The notes: generated by a model not told the origin, from the letters alone. Counted from the stretch's first letter, positions 32,029 through 43,516 are shown. The stretch: 64,000 bases of DNA from an uncultured Pseudobdellovibrionaceae bacterium (GCA_963803705.1 CAWDNU010000004.1:224001-288000); one strand, 5' to 3'. Numbers and translations: made by a program.

Positions 32029-34015
32029 TTACAATTTCCGACAGAAATCTTTTTCGATTTGATCAAAAGAGTATCTAACGAAAACAGGTCGGCCATGTGG
32101 ACAGTAACTTGTCGTTGAATACTTATCCATCAGCAAAAGCAGCTCTTCCATTTCTGGCATGGTCAAAATCTGTCCTGCACGTATTGCAGAATGACAGGCC
32201 ATAGTCGCAAAAATATCGCTTATCACGTCTTCAAATACAAAACTTTCACTAAATTTTAAGATCTGTTCAATCATATTGTTCCAAGCGCCTTAACAATAGC
32301 TTTATCTTTTATAATGCTAGGAGTTTCGATGATCTCAATCTGACAAGGACCACTTTGCTCGAAATGAAGTCCAAGTTAGAAAGGGCGTGAGAGCTGCTTA
32401 AACAAAATTTCAACTACAGATTCGTCATCGACTTTAAACGAAATAGGTAGTAAATGTCTTTGGGTTTCAAGGCTCTACACCATTTTTAAAGCTTTGCCAT
32501 AACTTTTCAAACAAGTATCTTTCATGGGCCGCATGCTGATCAATGTATACAATCTCTTGTAAGTTTTGGGTGACACAAGTACGTTTTTCGTACTTGTCCG
32601 ATAATGGCTAGGTTCGACCAAAAAGACACTCTCTAGCACTTATTATCTCAACTTACGACAAGTGATTTGATTTCAATGAGCTAATCTAAGTTTTTTGCAC
32701 CCGAGATGACTGCGGGTTTGAAATCACGGAAGGCAAAAATCCTAGCTCGAAGGATTTATTTTGAAAGTAGAGTTTATCACTTTGATCAGCTGCACTGGAT
32801 ATGCTTGACCTAAAAGCTTTTAGCTCAAAACCACTCTGAGAGTCTTCATTTAGAATATAGCCATCAAATCGATTAGATTCATCCCGATCCTTAAAATCCA
32901 TTGATCTATATTTTGAATGTAAAAACTCTTTTCGCCAGGGGCTGGTTTCTACGAATTCTAAAAGTGAATGTCTAATAGCTTTATACACTTGGGACTGTTC
33001 TTTAAACTTTACTTTACTTTTTGTAGGATGAACATTTACATCCACGAAGTCTTTTGGCACGTCTATGAAGATTGCGCCTATGGGGTACTCGCCGTGAAGT
33101 AAAGTGTTCTGAAATCCATCTCTTATGGCAGCTAAGATCATCGGCTCGTGCACCCAACGTTTTTGCACAAAGGTCCAAAGTTTTCGATTGGACTTTGCTG
33201 TTTCATGAGGTGGCGAAAATTGTACCTGAATTTTAATGTCACCAAAATTTTTAAAAAAACTATAAAGCTCTTTTGTTCCCAAAATCGTCTTATTTCGGTT
33301 TATTAATGATTCTAGGCTTTTACTATCTCCAGAGATTTAGGTCCATCATGGTGTCAGTGATGCCTTGCTCGTTTAGATTTACACTTGTAGAAAATTTGGT
33401 TTCAGATCTTGGGCCAAAAAAAGTCTAATCTATTTTTGTAAAAGAGCTTTATTCCAACTTGTGGCTGACACAGTCCAAATGCATGTAAAACTTTTTTTAT
33501 TTCCATGACTTCTGTGGCATCAGTCTTTAAAAACTTTAGACGTGCAGGCGTATTTTCATAAAGTTTATCGATTTCGATTCGAGTGCCGTAGTCATGACTT
33601 GAATCTAAGACTGGCATTAATTGCACCAAACATGACTTTTAAGCTCAACGCAGGATTCACCTTTTCTGTGCGTTCTAATATTCAGGTGTGACACTGCAGA
33701 AATACTTGCTAAGCGCTTCGCCGCGAAAACCGTAGGTCGATAAAGACCATAAGATCTTCAGCCTTCTTAAGCTTACTTGTCGTGTGTCGTTGAACAGCTA
33801 GTTTTTAAGTCTTTGGGTGAAAGCCCCATCCATTATCATTAAAGTGAGTGATCTTCCGCCTGGACCAAGGTGTAGCTCTATATCTTTAGCACCAGCATCC
33901 ATTGCATTTTCAATGAGCTCTTTAACCATATGGGCTGGTCGCTCTAGAACCTCACCAGCTGCAATTTGATCCACAACACTGGAATCTAAATGCAGATAAT
34001 TCTGGAGATTTCCAT
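32029..34015 (-). CDS. mutL: DNA mismatch repair protein MutL (multiple frameshifts)
   Basis: QIAAGEVLERP..KELIENAMDAGA, GFRGEA, NTPARLKFLK, DVNVHPTK, DQHAAHER, ACHSAIR, CPHGRP. Confidence 0.9.
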
Positions 34016-34074
34016 TTTCAGTTATACTTAGATTCTGGTTTTCATTATGATCTTCGAATTTGCATTACTTGAAT

Positions 34075-35189
34075 CTAAAATCTTTTTTGTATTCCCGCAA
34101 GGACACCCCAGTAACTGGATTTCTCAAAATACTCTTTACCCTCTAATTTTAAGGCCCAAGAACTGCCTATTTTATAGGCAATCCCGAGAGTGCCCACTCC
34201 ACCTAAACGTAAGGTTCTTGCTAGATTCATCTTCGTTGCGAATGACGAAATCAAGAAATGAAGCGTTTAGCAGCAATCCTAAACCCGCCGTAGATATAAC
34301 GTGGAGCTTGTTCGACTTAAGACAAAAGGCATTGTAAAGTCGGTTAAAATAAAAAAACCCGATGCTTCAGAAGAAAAGTCCTCAAAAAATTGGGGTGCCC
34401 CGAAATGCATTAAGACGGTAATATCTAATAAAAAATTCTTGAAGATTAAATTTGGACCACTTATTTTAAGTCCATACATTATTTCTTTAGAGCTCTTTTT
34501 TCCACCGCCAACGTTTTCACTGTAATTAGCGATGCCTAATGCTGCACCTACTAAAGTACTAAGTATTAATGGTCCGCCAGATGTCGGGGCATTTTTTTTA
34601 CCAGCAAATCTAGCGGGGTATAACGAGCGTTTAGTAGGATACTTGAGTTTTAGATTGATCTAAACGATTTTTTTTTGTAAAGCTTGTTGTTGTTTTTTTG
34701 ATTCTAAAGCTCTGGAATTTTTGTCTTTGACTTTTTTTACAGATTCGCCTATTGTATCATTTGATAAGTCATTCAGTGATATTTTTTTTTATTCCCTTAA
34801 AACTACTTTTTTTTTTTACTTTTAGGTTTTGATCCTGAAATTTTAACCTCGGTATCTAAAACATAGCCATACCTTGATTTGCCAAGTTTTACTTTGTGGA
34901 ACAGACCCAATCCATTTGAACCTTCAACAGTACTTCTGGTGCCTAAAACTTTTTTACCCTTTGGCAAAAGATAGATAATTTTTGCGTCAAAATTTGGTTT
35001 TTTGTAAATAGCAGCTTTAGTTTTTCTAGGTTTCAAGGTCACAACGTTTTGCGCTTTTACACTAAAAGAGTAAAGTGATAGGACCAGACCTAAGCTAATA
35101 AGAATCTTAAGAAATCGGACTACTTTCTGTAACCAGAAACCTACGTGAAATTTATAAAACTGAATAATATATTCACCTAACCAGTACAT
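34075..35189 (-). CDS. Secreted SH3-like plus beta-barrel protein (frameshifted; boundaries approximate)
   Basis: AAIYKKPNFDAKII..YGYVLDTEV SH3-like N-terminus; beta-strand-rich pieces ending GIQKRF. Confidence 0.5.
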
Positions 35190-35344
35190 CGCTAACTACA
35201 AGTATTAGGCTTATATTTATTTGCGTCAACGTACCAAAAAGTTCAATTAAAACCTTAGACTAAAACATACTACGACTCTAAGTGTGCATAGCAGTATTGT
35301 GGGCAGATAGCAGTACCAATTCGACTTATCGGCACTAAACCTGT

Positions 35345-35469
35345 GGGCCTGTTGAAAAAGCATCATCTTCGTTGTTGCCTTCGCTTAAATCTCATTCGAC
35401 GTAGATAAACTACGACTCATTCGATTTTAAGCTTGGACGCCTAGAATCTAATGCTTTTTCAACAGGCCC
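35345..35469 (+). mobile_element. 125-bp MITE/REP-like palindromic element, copy 1
   Basis: 19-bp TIR GGGCCTGTTGAAAAAGCAT; 122/125 identical to the inverted copy at 60908. Confidence 0.85.
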
Positions 35470-35572
35470 TTGTGTATTTTTTTAACTACCTACATCTCTG
35501 TTTATAAAAGCATCTATTTGCATTGTTAGTGCGCTTGGTAACACTTGTACGCAGGTAACTTGCTTGAAACTT

Positions 35573-35602
35573 AAAAAAAAAGCGAGCCTGATTAGGCTCG
35601 CT
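35573..35602 (-). terminator. Intrinsic terminator
   Basis: AGCGAGCCT-GATT-AGGCTCGCT with U-tract on the minus strand. Confidence 0.8.
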
Positions 35603-35628
35603 CAATGAATCTTGGAATCTATTAAAAA

Positions 35629-36156
35629 CTAATCTAAGAAACCAGAAAATGAAAGAATGTTTAAATTGATGTTGTGGCCGTTATCTAAGTCACCAGCAAC
35701 GTTTAAAGCAATCGCTACGTTCGGAGTCCAAGTGATTGTTTCAGACATAGCAAATCTTTTACCAACACTTGCTAAAATTGCAATATTATCGCCAGGTCCG
35801 AAATCAGCATATCTAATTCCGCCACCTACGAAAATAGAATTTCTAAGGTCTGCATCTAAATTATATCTAACTAATGCACCAATAGCTATAGCTGCTTCTT
35901 GAAAGCTATCACCATCAGCGTAGCCTAGTAAACCACCAACCTGTAAAACCTCAGATAAACTGTGGTAAGCCTCAACAGAAAAACCATAATCTGTTTTATC
36001 TTCTGTTCCATCGTCACCTAAACTGATTGCTGCTCTGGTGCCGCCAGTTGCTCCTTTTGCATCGGCGTACGAACCGTTAAATTGGATTTCTTTTGTAGCA
36101 TGTGAAGTTGCAACAAAGCCTAATGAAACTATTAAACCTAAAATACCCTTAAACAT
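35629..36156 (-). CDS. Small outer-membrane beta-barrel protein
   Basis: Signal peptide, ~8 amphipathic strands. Confidence 0.7.
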   Translation of the reverse strand: MFKGILGLIVSLGFVATSHATKEIQFNGSYADAKGATGGTRAAISLGDDGTEDKTDYGFSVEAYHSLSEVLQVGGLLGYADGDSFQEAAIAIGALVRYNLDADLRNSIFVGGGIRYADFGPGDNIAILASVGKRFAMSETITWTPNVAIALNVAGDLDNGHNINLNILSFSGFLD

Positions 36157-36644
36157 AGTTATCTCCTATATGTTGTTATTATTATTATTTTTATTGATAC
36201 TCAATAAATTAGAGCCTATGGCAATCCTGAAAGTTTAGTCAACAACCACTGTAAAACCTAAACGCGGCAGGTCTTTCAATTACTTTTTCTAAAGAGTGTA
36301 AAAGTTAGATTTTTTTACTGTATGCAAGTTAAATGTACCGAAACTTGTATACTATAAACAACACTAAGGTTTAAAGGCGACTGTTTCAATACCCTTAGGC
36401 CTGTTGAAAAAGCTATGTCTAGCAGACAAAGTTATATTTTAATTTCTTTAGTCAAACAAAAACTCAGTTTGTAACTGTAGTGTAATCGTAATTTATTGTT
36501 ATTTAATCTTCATAATTAATCTTAGTATTTGGCAGAGTAAAATTCGCATTAACTCTAGACTTCAAAAAGATTTCGAAGATATTATTAAAATAGGAACGAA
36601 AAATTTTAAACTTTTTATAGATTTTAGGATAAATTAGTTTTTAA

Positions 36645-37541
36645 ATGTTCAAACATAAACCCACCTTAGGAGAAAATATGAAAATAAAAGCAGTTATAGC
36701 AAGTTTGTTATTTACAGGAAGTTTCGCATTCGCAGAAGGCGACCCAACTGAATTCTTATATCAAGCCATTGAAGGTCAAAGCTTTATTCAAGGCAACTTG
36801 GGCTATTTAACTAGTCAGCAAGATCAAGATGGTGGGAATCGTGAACTTGATTACACTGATTTAGAATTATCAGCTTTGTACGAATTGGGTCTGTCAGATA
36901 AAATAGCTGTTTATGGTTCAATTGGGTTTGGTCAAGGTGAGTTGGAAATCGTCAATATTGTACCTACAACTGTAGATCGTAATGGTTTAAATCCAATTAA
37001 TTTGGGTGTTAAGTACCGAATGAAAGCAGGCCCTGGTCAATTTTACGCACAAGGAAACCTGGGCCTTGGGGTTTTAGCTGAGCAAGATGAAAATAGGACC
37101 GATGGAAGTATAACTCTAGCTACCCGATTAGGGTATTTGATGACCTACGACACTGCAATGGCGGGATTGGTTCTGGATATCGGTTTGTTTTCAACAGATG
37201 GTAAAGTTAAAGATGGTAGTGACTTCGAAAAAAATGGGGCTTTTGCTATATCTGCTTTCTACGAGATGGTAATGTCTGAAATGATTGTAGGCTACGCCGC
37301 TACCTATTCTATTGATGCAGGCCTTGCAGGAGTGAGCAATGGTGGACCATTCGGCGGAATGTTTGTACCGGATAACTTCGAGACGTCTATACTGGACTTA
37401 AAGGTTTACACTCGGGTCCCAATGAGTGAAAAACTTCAGTTACTTGGAGGCATAAACTATGGTCTTTTCATGGATCAGCCTGAAGATTTTGATGGTGGAA
37501 GCAATATTGGCGTTAATGTTGGTGTTCGTTACATGATGTAG
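36645..37541 (+). CDS. Outer-membrane beta-barrel/porin-like protein
   Basis: Signal peptide (likely start MKIKAV), amphipathic strands, C-terminal GVRYMM. Confidence 0.7.
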   Translation: MFKHKPTLGENMKIKAVIASLLFTGSFAFAEGDPTEFLYQAIEGQSFIQGNLGYLTSQQDQDGGNRELDYTDLELSALYELGLSDKIAVYGSIGFGQGELEIVNIVPTTVDRNGLNPINLGVKYRMKAGPGQFYAQGNLGLGVLAEQDENRTDGSITLATRLGYLMTYDTAMAGLVLDIGLFSTDGKVKDGSDFEKNGAFAISAFYEMVMSEMIVGYAATYSIDAGLAGVSNGGPFGGMFVPDNFETSILDLKVYTRVPMSEKLQLLGGINYGLFMDQPEDFDGGSNIGVNVGVRYMM

Positions 37542-37701
37542 CTTGAGGCAAAGGTTTCGAAAGCTCGCCTGGGCGGCGTTAGGCAGTGCAGGGCGCAAGA
37601 GCCTGACTGCCCCACTGTTGTGAAACTCGAAAGATTACTCGAGAAATCACTTGAAAAATTTTTGTAAAAATATTGATGCACTTAAATTTGCATTTACTAT
37701 A

Positions 37702-37733
37702 AATAAGGGGAACTTTTGAAAGTTCCCCTTATT
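37702..37733 (+). terminator. Terminator-like hairpin
   Basis: AATAAGGGGAACTTT-TG-AAAGTTCCCCTTATT. Confidence 0.75.
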
Positions 37734-37810
37734 CATTTGAAAGTTTACATTTTACAATTAAAATCCAGTGCGTTAATTTTTATAAAGAAGCTTGAATAGA
37801 TAACTAAACT

Positions 37811-38530
37811 TTGGAGAAACAGATGAAAAACTTAAATATCGCAATCGTGGGAACAAACAGGGGAATTGGTTTAGAATTGACTAAGCAACTGGCAGGTCGT
37901 GGAAACAAAGTTTATGCTTTTTGCAGATCTGCCTCTGAAGACTTAAAAAGAATAAAAGATTTAACAATTGCAGAAAATTTTGAAGTCACAGACATTAGAA
38001 CTATGCAGGCAAGCCTTAAAAATTTGGATTTCAGTAAAGGTGACTACGAGGATAAAAAATCAGAAGAGGCTTGCCTTGATATTTTAATTCATGTCTCGGG
38101 AATTATGTTTGAAGACACATTAGACGAATTAGATGAAGATAATATAATGAAGCAGTTCCAAGTCAACGCCTTAGCCCCAGTCTTGGCTGTCAAAGGTTTT
38201 TTACCTTACATGAAAGAGGGCTCAAAAATTGGACTTATCACCAGTCGAATGGGTTCTGTACAAGATAATACTAGTGGTGGAATGTACGGTTACAGGATGT
38301 CTAAAGCAGCCCTTAACATGGCCGGAAAATCATTAAGTGAAGACTTAAAAGATTTTAATATCACTACCCTGCTCTTGCATCCAGGCTATGTAAAAACTGA
38401 TATGACAGATCACAAAGGTTTAATCACCACTTCAGAGTCAGCTGAAGGTTTGATTAAAATTTTGGACGAAAAAAATCAAAAAGACAGCGGCACATTCTGG
38501 CATACCAATGGCGAACAATTACCATGGTAA
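37811..38530 (+). CDS. Short-chain dehydrogenase (CsgA/C-factor-like)
   Basis: GTNRGIG, TSRMGS, YRMSKAALN, LHPGYVKTDM, C-terminal LPW. Confidence 0.92.
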   Translation: MEKQMKNLNIAIVGTNRGIGLELTKQLAGRGNKVYAFCRSASEDLKRIKDLTIAENFEVTDIRTMQASLKNLDFSKGDYEDKKSEEACLDILIHVSGIMFEDTLDELDEDNIMKQFQVNALAPVLAVKGFLPYMKEGSKIGLITSRMGSVQDNTSGGMYGYRMSKAALNMAGKSLSEDLKDFNITTLLLHPGYVKTDMTDHKGLITTSESAEGLIKILDEKNQKDSGTFWHTNGEQLPW

Positions 38531-38549
38531 AGGTGCGTAGGCCCGCCCA

Positions 38550-39320
38550 CTATTTCGCTCCAGTGCTACCGAACCCGCTATTGCCACGCTCTGTATTTGA
38601 AAGTTCATCGCTAAATACAAACTGCGCTTTTACGACGGGTGCTATCACTAGCTGGGCTATACGGTCTTGATCTTCAATCTGAACGTCTTCTTGACCTAGA
38701 TTAATCATAATCATTTTTATTTCTCCACGGTAATCAGCGTCTATAGTTCCAGGTGTATTTACAAGCGTAAGACCTTTTTTAAGTGATAAACCGCTTCTTG
38801 GACGAGCTTGGATTTCGTACTCGATTGGAACCTCCATCGAAAGCCCCGTTGGCACTAATACTCTTTCAAATGGTTTAATTATGATAGAGCCTGACAGCTG
38901 TGCCCGAACATCAAGACCGCTTGCACCGTCAGATTCGTATTTAGGAATAGATCCTTTAAAGTGTGGAAGAGTTTTTATTTTGACCTTCACCTTAGAGTGA
39001 AAAGCAATGTGACGTTTCAAGTAGTCAGCTACCAGTGGATCAATCACTTGGGATAACATTTGTTCTGCCATCTGAAGTAATTGGTGGGAGTCTTCAAGTT
39101 TACTGCTAATTTGATCTTTGATCTTATCAGTTATTTTATCGTTTATTTTATCGGTGGTGCTACCTGCTTTGCTAGGTGTGTCTTTATCAGTATGATCAAG
39201 ATCTTCGTCATCAGCGATATCAAAACGGTCTTTAGCTAACTGAAAAAGGCTTTCAGCATTTTCTGCGATAACTTTTACTGTTTGACTCATTTTTTCAATA
39301 TTGATCATTAAAAACTCCAT
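38550..39320 (-). CDS. dut: dUTPase with ~110-aa N-terminal extension
   Basis: ASGLD, RPRSGL, GTIDADYRGEI, RIAQLV, RGNSGFGSTG. Confidence 0.92.
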   Translation of the reverse strand: MEFLMINIEKMSQTVKVIAENAESLFQLAKDRFDIADDEDLDHTDKDTPSKAGSTTDKINDKITDKIKDQISSKLEDSHQLLQMAEQMLSQVIDPLVADYLKRHIAFHSKVKVKIKTLPHFKGSIPKYESDGASGLDVRAQLSGSIIIKPFERVLVPTGLSMEVPIEYEIQARPRSGLSLKKGLTLVNTPGTIDADYRGEIKMIMINLGQEDVQIEDQDRIAQLVIAPVVKAQFVFSDELSNTERGNSGFGSTGAK

Positions 39321-40597
39321 TTAAAATTGTTAAATTTTTCTAGAGGACCGGATTCACCCATACATAAAATTGCTATTTTAGACGGGTCAAGGCTTGTCGG
39401 TAAAGTACCATTGAATGACTGGATAGAAATCTTATCTAAAACATCGATGACGTCAGCAGAGCTTCTGTATTTTTTAAAGACCATCTCGTTGACTCCGATC
39501 GAGTTCATGCGGCTATCCAAATCGTCCATACCCATCACAATGCTAGCTTTAACTTGCGTTTTATAAAGTTCAAGGTCTTTATCTGAGATTCCATTTTTCA
39601 AAAGCTTTCCTAGCTCTTCATTTAACAGTTCAAGAACAGGATCAACGTAGCGTGCCGAAGTCCCTAAATAAATGGCTAAGCTGCCACCTTCTAAAAATGA
39701 CTGTAAATACGTATAGACATTATAGGCCCAACCTTTTTGTTCCCGGACCAACTGATACAACTGAGATGTCATGCCTCCGCCCAAGTATGAAGCCAGCACG
39801 TAGGACTCAAAGCGATAAGGATCCAAAAAGCTAACAGAAGGCAAGCCAACAGCTAAGTGAGCTTGCTCGGAGGGTCGACTGATCCATTCTTTAAAAGGTT
39901 TTTGTTCAAGTGGAATTAAACTAGTTTCTTCTTGGTATTTTTTGGGTTCGGATTTTTTAAGGTCACCTATCCCTTGAGATTTAATAATTTTTAAGAAATC
40001 GCTGTGGCTTACAGGACCCGCAAGCGAAATAATCATTTTAGTAGTTTGGTAACTCTCTTGATAATAAGTCATCAAATCTTGTCTAGATATATTTTGAATT
40101 GTCTGTTCAGTACCCAGTATATTTCTTGAAACAGGATGAGGTCCTAATGCTTTTTCAAAAAATAAGTCAAAAATATAATCTTCAAGATTGTCCTTAGACA
40201 TATCGATCTCTTGTATTACAACATTTTTTTCTTTTTCAAATTCATCCGTTTTAAAATCTGCATTGAAAACCAGATCCGTCAATGTTTGAAGACACAAAGG
40301 TAGCGCGCTTTTTAAACTGGTTGTGGTGTAACAAGTGTATTCCCTAGAAGTGTGGGCGTTTATATCCGCGCCTGCTTTTTCAATGTCCAATACCAAATCA
40401 AGTGCTGACTTTTGATCTGTGCCTTTGAAAACCATGTGCTCAGTTAAGTGCGCCATACCGGTTTGACCCTCAAGCTCATGCTTGGTGCCAGACTCAATAA
40501 AAAATCCCAGATGAACCGTTTGAGCCCAAGGGTGAGTCTCTGTAACTACCCGAATACCGTTTTCTAAAACTGTTTTTTGGAATAAAGAGGGATCCAT
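39308..40597 (-). CDS. M16 family zinc peptidase
   Basis: HLTEHMVFKGT (HxxEH), NAHTSRE, LGGGMTSQLYQLVRE. Confidence 0.93.
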   Translation of the reverse strand: MDPSLFQKTVLENGIRVVTETHPWAQTVHLGFFIESGTKHELEGQTGMAHLTEHMVFKGTDQKSALDLVLDIEKAGADINAHTSREYTCYTTTSLKSALPLCLQTLTDLVFNADFKTDEFEKEKNVVIQEIDMSKDNLEDYIFDLFFEKALGPHPVSRNILGTEQTIQNISRQDLMTYYQESYQTTKMIISLAGPVSHSDFLKIIKSQGIGDLKKSEPKKYQEETSLIPLEQKPFKEWISRPSEQAHLAVGLPSVSFLDPYRFESYVLASYLGGGMTSQLYQLVREQKGWAYNVYTYLQSFLEGGSLAIYLGTSARYVDPVLELLNEELGKLLKNGISDKDLELYKTQVKASIVMGMDDLDSRMNSIGVNEMVFKKYRSSADVIDVLDKISIQSFNGTLPTSLDPSKIAILCMGESGPLEKFNNFKWSF

Positions 40598-40633
40598 TAA
40601 AAATATACTGGCATACTACCAAAAAAAGCACCA

Positions 40634-40798
40634 CACCTAAATTTTGTTAAGAAAGTGAAAACGATTATATTCTCCTCTTAAAAACCTTCAATCATACGTT
40701 TGGCACTCGCTTGCAAAAAGGCAAGCTGCGCTCCAAGCCGATCTCGGTTATTAAGAGGAGAATATAATCGTTTTCACTTTCTTAACAAAATTTAGGTG
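40634..40798 (+). repeat. Giant-hairpin family copy 4 (53-bp arms, 52/53 complementary)
   Basis: Arms 40634-40686 and 40746-40798; core TTCAATCATACGTTTGGCACTCGCTTGC..GCAAGCTGCGCTCCAAGCCGATCTCG. Confidence 0.93.
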
Positions 40799-40820
40799 CA
40801 TGACATTTTTAGAAAACAGA

Positions 40821-42920
40821 TCAATGGTCTAATAAAACTTTACGGCTTAGTTTAATACGTCCAGCTCGGTCCACATCTAGAACTTTTACATCTACCATAT
40901 CGCCCTCATTAAGAACATCGGTTACGTTTCTAACTCTTTCATGGGCGATTTCTGAAATATGAAGTAAACCACTAGTATTAGGTAAAACTTCTACTAGGGC
41001 GCCAAAATCCATAATTTTAACCACTTTACCATTGTAGACTTTGCCAACTTCAGCTTCGGCGCAAATGTCCATCACCATTTGGATGGCTTTCTTAGCCATT
41101 TCAGGGTCTGTGGATGCGATATTCACTTTACCACCATCTTCAATATTTAATTTAACGCCTGTAGCTTCAACTATTGCCTTAATTACTTTACCACCGGGCC
41201 CTATCACTTCACGGACTTTGTCTGGTTTAATCATTATGGTTTGAATTCGAGGCGCATAATCAGAGATTTCTCCACGAGGTACGCTCATTACTTTTTCCAT
41301 CTCACCTAAAATATGCACCCGACCATCTTTAGCCTGACTCAGTGCTGTTTTCATAACTTCAAAGCTTATAGAATCTGTTTTAATATCCATTTGTAAAGCC
41401 GTGATTCCATCTCTGGTCCCCGCCACTTTAAAATCCATGTCGCCAAGGTGATCTTCGTCACCTAAAATGTCAGAAAGCACAACTACATCATCACCTTCTT
41501 TAATTAACCCCATGGCTATCCCTGCAACATTGCCTGTCACTGGTACGCCAGCATCTAAAAGGGCAAGTATACCTGAACAAACTGTACCCATTGAACTAGA
41601 CCCATTGGATTCTAGCACCTCACCCACGATTCTAATTGTATACGGAAACTTTTCAAAATCTGGCAGAACTGCTCTTATTGCTCTTTCAGCTAAAAAACCG
41701 TGACCAATTTCTCTTCTGGATTGTCCGCCCATGCGGCCAGTTTCCCCTACAGAGTAAGGGGGGAAATTATAGTGAAGCATAAATGGATTTGAAGTTTTAC
41801 CATTTAAGGTTTCCATAGATAGGGCGTCGTCGCTTGTACCCAAGGTAACTGCGGCTAAAACTTGGGTTTCTCCGCGAGTGAAGAATCCAGAACCATGGGC
41901 TCTAGGTAGTAATCCTGTATCACACACAATAGGTCTGATTTCAGTGATGTCTCTTCCATCTATACGCTCTTTACCCTTTGTAACCATTAAGCGTGCGGTC
42001 TTAAATTTTAAGTCTTCAAAAACAATACCCACATCTTTTTCAATTTTTTTAGATTCATCTTTGTCTTTTGCAGATTTGGTAAATAAGGCTAAGGCCTCTT
42101 TTCTAGCTTGGCTTAATGATGAGTACCTTTCGGCTTTGGTTTTTATTTTCAGACCGGCTTCAACTTTAGATTTAAGAAACTCTGAGTACTTAGATCTTTC
42201 ATCGGCGCCTACTTCGTAAATCTTGTAAGCTCGCTTTTCAATGCCGCACTCTTGTCTCATCTCATCTTGAGCTTTAAAAATTGGCTCCATTGATTTGTGT
42301 GCAAACTGAAGAGCTTCTAAAGCTTGCTCTTCAGTGATAAATTTAGATTCGCCTTCGACCATTAAAAGACCGTTTTTTGTTCCGGCAATAATAAAATCAA
42401 CCTCTGACTCTTTTAAATATTCGGGTGAAGGGTTAATAGCCCACGTGCCACCTTTTAGCCCTATTTGTAAAGCAGCTGTTGGACCGTTGAATGGAATATC
42501 ACTTATGTGAAGTGCAGTTGAAGCGCCGATACTCGCTAAAATTTCCGGTGGAAACAAGCCATCAGCACTTAAAATTGTAGCCACAATCTGCGTGTCATAA
42601 TTGTAGCCGTCAGGGAAACAAGGTCTTATTGGACGATCTATTAAACGCGCTGACAAAGTTGATAATGTTGTAGGACGCCCCTCTCTTTTAAAGTAACCGC
42701 CTGGGATTTTACCAGTCGCATACATTTTTTCAGCGTATTCGACAGTCAGCGGAAAAAAATCCATGTCAGTTTCTCTACGAGAGGAAACAACAGTTACTAA
42801 CACTCGGTTGTCACCAACAGATACCAGAACTGCACCGTCGGCTTGTCGTGCAAGTCTTCCCGTTTCTAGTGTGATCTCATGATCACCAAACATCACTTTT
42901 TTCTGAACTATATTGAACAT
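40821..42920 (-). CDS. pnp: Polyribonucleotide nucleotidyltransferase
   Basis: ETGRLARQADGA, RREIGHG, ESNGSSSM, GDMDFKVAG, KH and S1 domains. Confidence 0.98.
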   Translation of the reverse strand: MFNIVQKKVMFGDHEITLETGRLARQADGAVLVSVGDNRVLVTVVSSRRETDMDFFPLTVEYAEKMYATGKIPGGYFKREGRPTTLSTLSARLIDRPIRPCFPDGYNYDTQIVATILSADGLFPPEILASIGASTALHISDIPFNGPTAALQIGLKGGTWAINPSPEYLKESEVDFIIAGTKNGLLMVEGESKFITEEQALEALQFAHKSMEPIFKAQDEMRQECGIEKRAYKIYEVGADERSKYSEFLKSKVEAGLKIKTKAERYSSLSQARKEALALFTKSAKDKDESKKIEKDVGIVFEDLKFKTARLMVTKGKERIDGRDITEIRPIVCDTGLLPRAHGSGFFTRGETQVLAAVTLGTSDDALSMETLNGKTSNPFMLHYNFPPYSVGETGRMGGQSRREIGHGFLAERAIRAVLPDFEKFPYTIRIVGEVLESNGSSSMGTVCSGILALLDAGVPVTGNVAGIAMGLIKEGDDVVVLSDILGDEDHLGDMDFKVAGTRDGITALQMDIKTDSISFEVMKTALSQAKDGRVHILGEMEKVMSVPRGEISDYAPRIQTIMIKPDKVREVIGPGGKVIKAIVEATGVKLNIEDGGKVNIASTDPEMAKKAIQMVMDICAEAEVGKVYNGKVVKIMDFGALVEVLPNTSGLLHISEIAHERVRNVTDVLNEGDMVDVKVLDVDRAGRIKLSRKVLLDH

Positions 42921-42964
42921 TTTTTCTCCTGTAGAAATTCGGTATTAAATTTTTTTTACATTTT

Positions 42965-43015
42965 TTTTTATAAAATTGATTATTCAATGGGTTTTTATAA
43001 AATTGATTATTCAAT
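42965..43015. repeat. 24-bp direct repeat (period 27) in the pnp leader
   Basis: TTTTTATAAAATTGATTATTCAAT at 42965 and 42992. Confidence 0.8.
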
Positions 43016-43082
43016 AGGTAAGGTTAACTTTTCAGATTAATACAAGTTTGACTCTAACCAGATTTTATACTCGGTTAAGCAT

Positions 43083-43119
43083 AAAAAAACCTCTTTATTT
43101 TATTAAAGAGGTTTTTTTT
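43083..43119 (-). terminator. rpsO terminator
   Basis: AAAAAAACCTCTTTA..TAAAGAGGTTTTTTT. Confidence 0.8.
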
Positions 43120-43124
43120 AAAAC

Positions 43125-43394
43125 TTATTTTCTGATCTTAAGTTCGCTCACTAGATTTTTGTAAGCTTCATCGCTATTCTTTTTTAAGTAATCAAGCAGC
43201 TTTCTACGCTTGTTTACTTTTTGCATAAGACCTTTTCTTGAAGAGTAATCATGTTTATTTTCTTTCATGTGATCGGTGAGTCTTAGGATTTCTTGAGTAA
43301 GCATTGCCACTTGGACCTGAGGGCTACCGGTGTCTAAATCTGACGTCTTAAAATAATTTACGACCTGTTTTTTCTCTTCTAATGTTAATGCCAT
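43125..43394 (-). CDS. rpsO: 30S ribosomal protein S15
   Basis: DTGSPQVQVAMLT, KHDYSSRKGL, RRKLLDYL. Confidence 0.97.
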   Translation of the reverse strand: MALTLEEKKQVVNYFKTSDLDTGSPQVQVAMLTQEILRLTDHMKENKHDYSSRKGLMQKVNKRRKLLDYLKKNSDEAYKNLVSELKIRK

Positions 43395-43405
43395 TTAATC
43401 TCCTT

Positions 43406-43516
43406 ATGGGCCCCGATCTGTTTGTACTAGTACAAGAACTGTTACATCCCAACTTCGTAGTTTCGTCTTCGAGGACTATTGTTTCAGTTAACTCCGGTAT
43501 ATACGTCATGGACTAT
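43406..43516 (-). repeat. Three degenerate 37-bp units in the rpsO leader
   Basis: G(G/A)ACT(G/A)T ends at 43442, 43479, 43516; the middle unit resembles the nusA-leader unit. Confidence 0.55.

Noticed and set aside
37546..37611. c-di-GMP-I riboswitch
   Set aside because: GGCAAA and GAAA are present, but the GACGCAAAGC junction and P2 do not follow, and the P1 pairing is poor.
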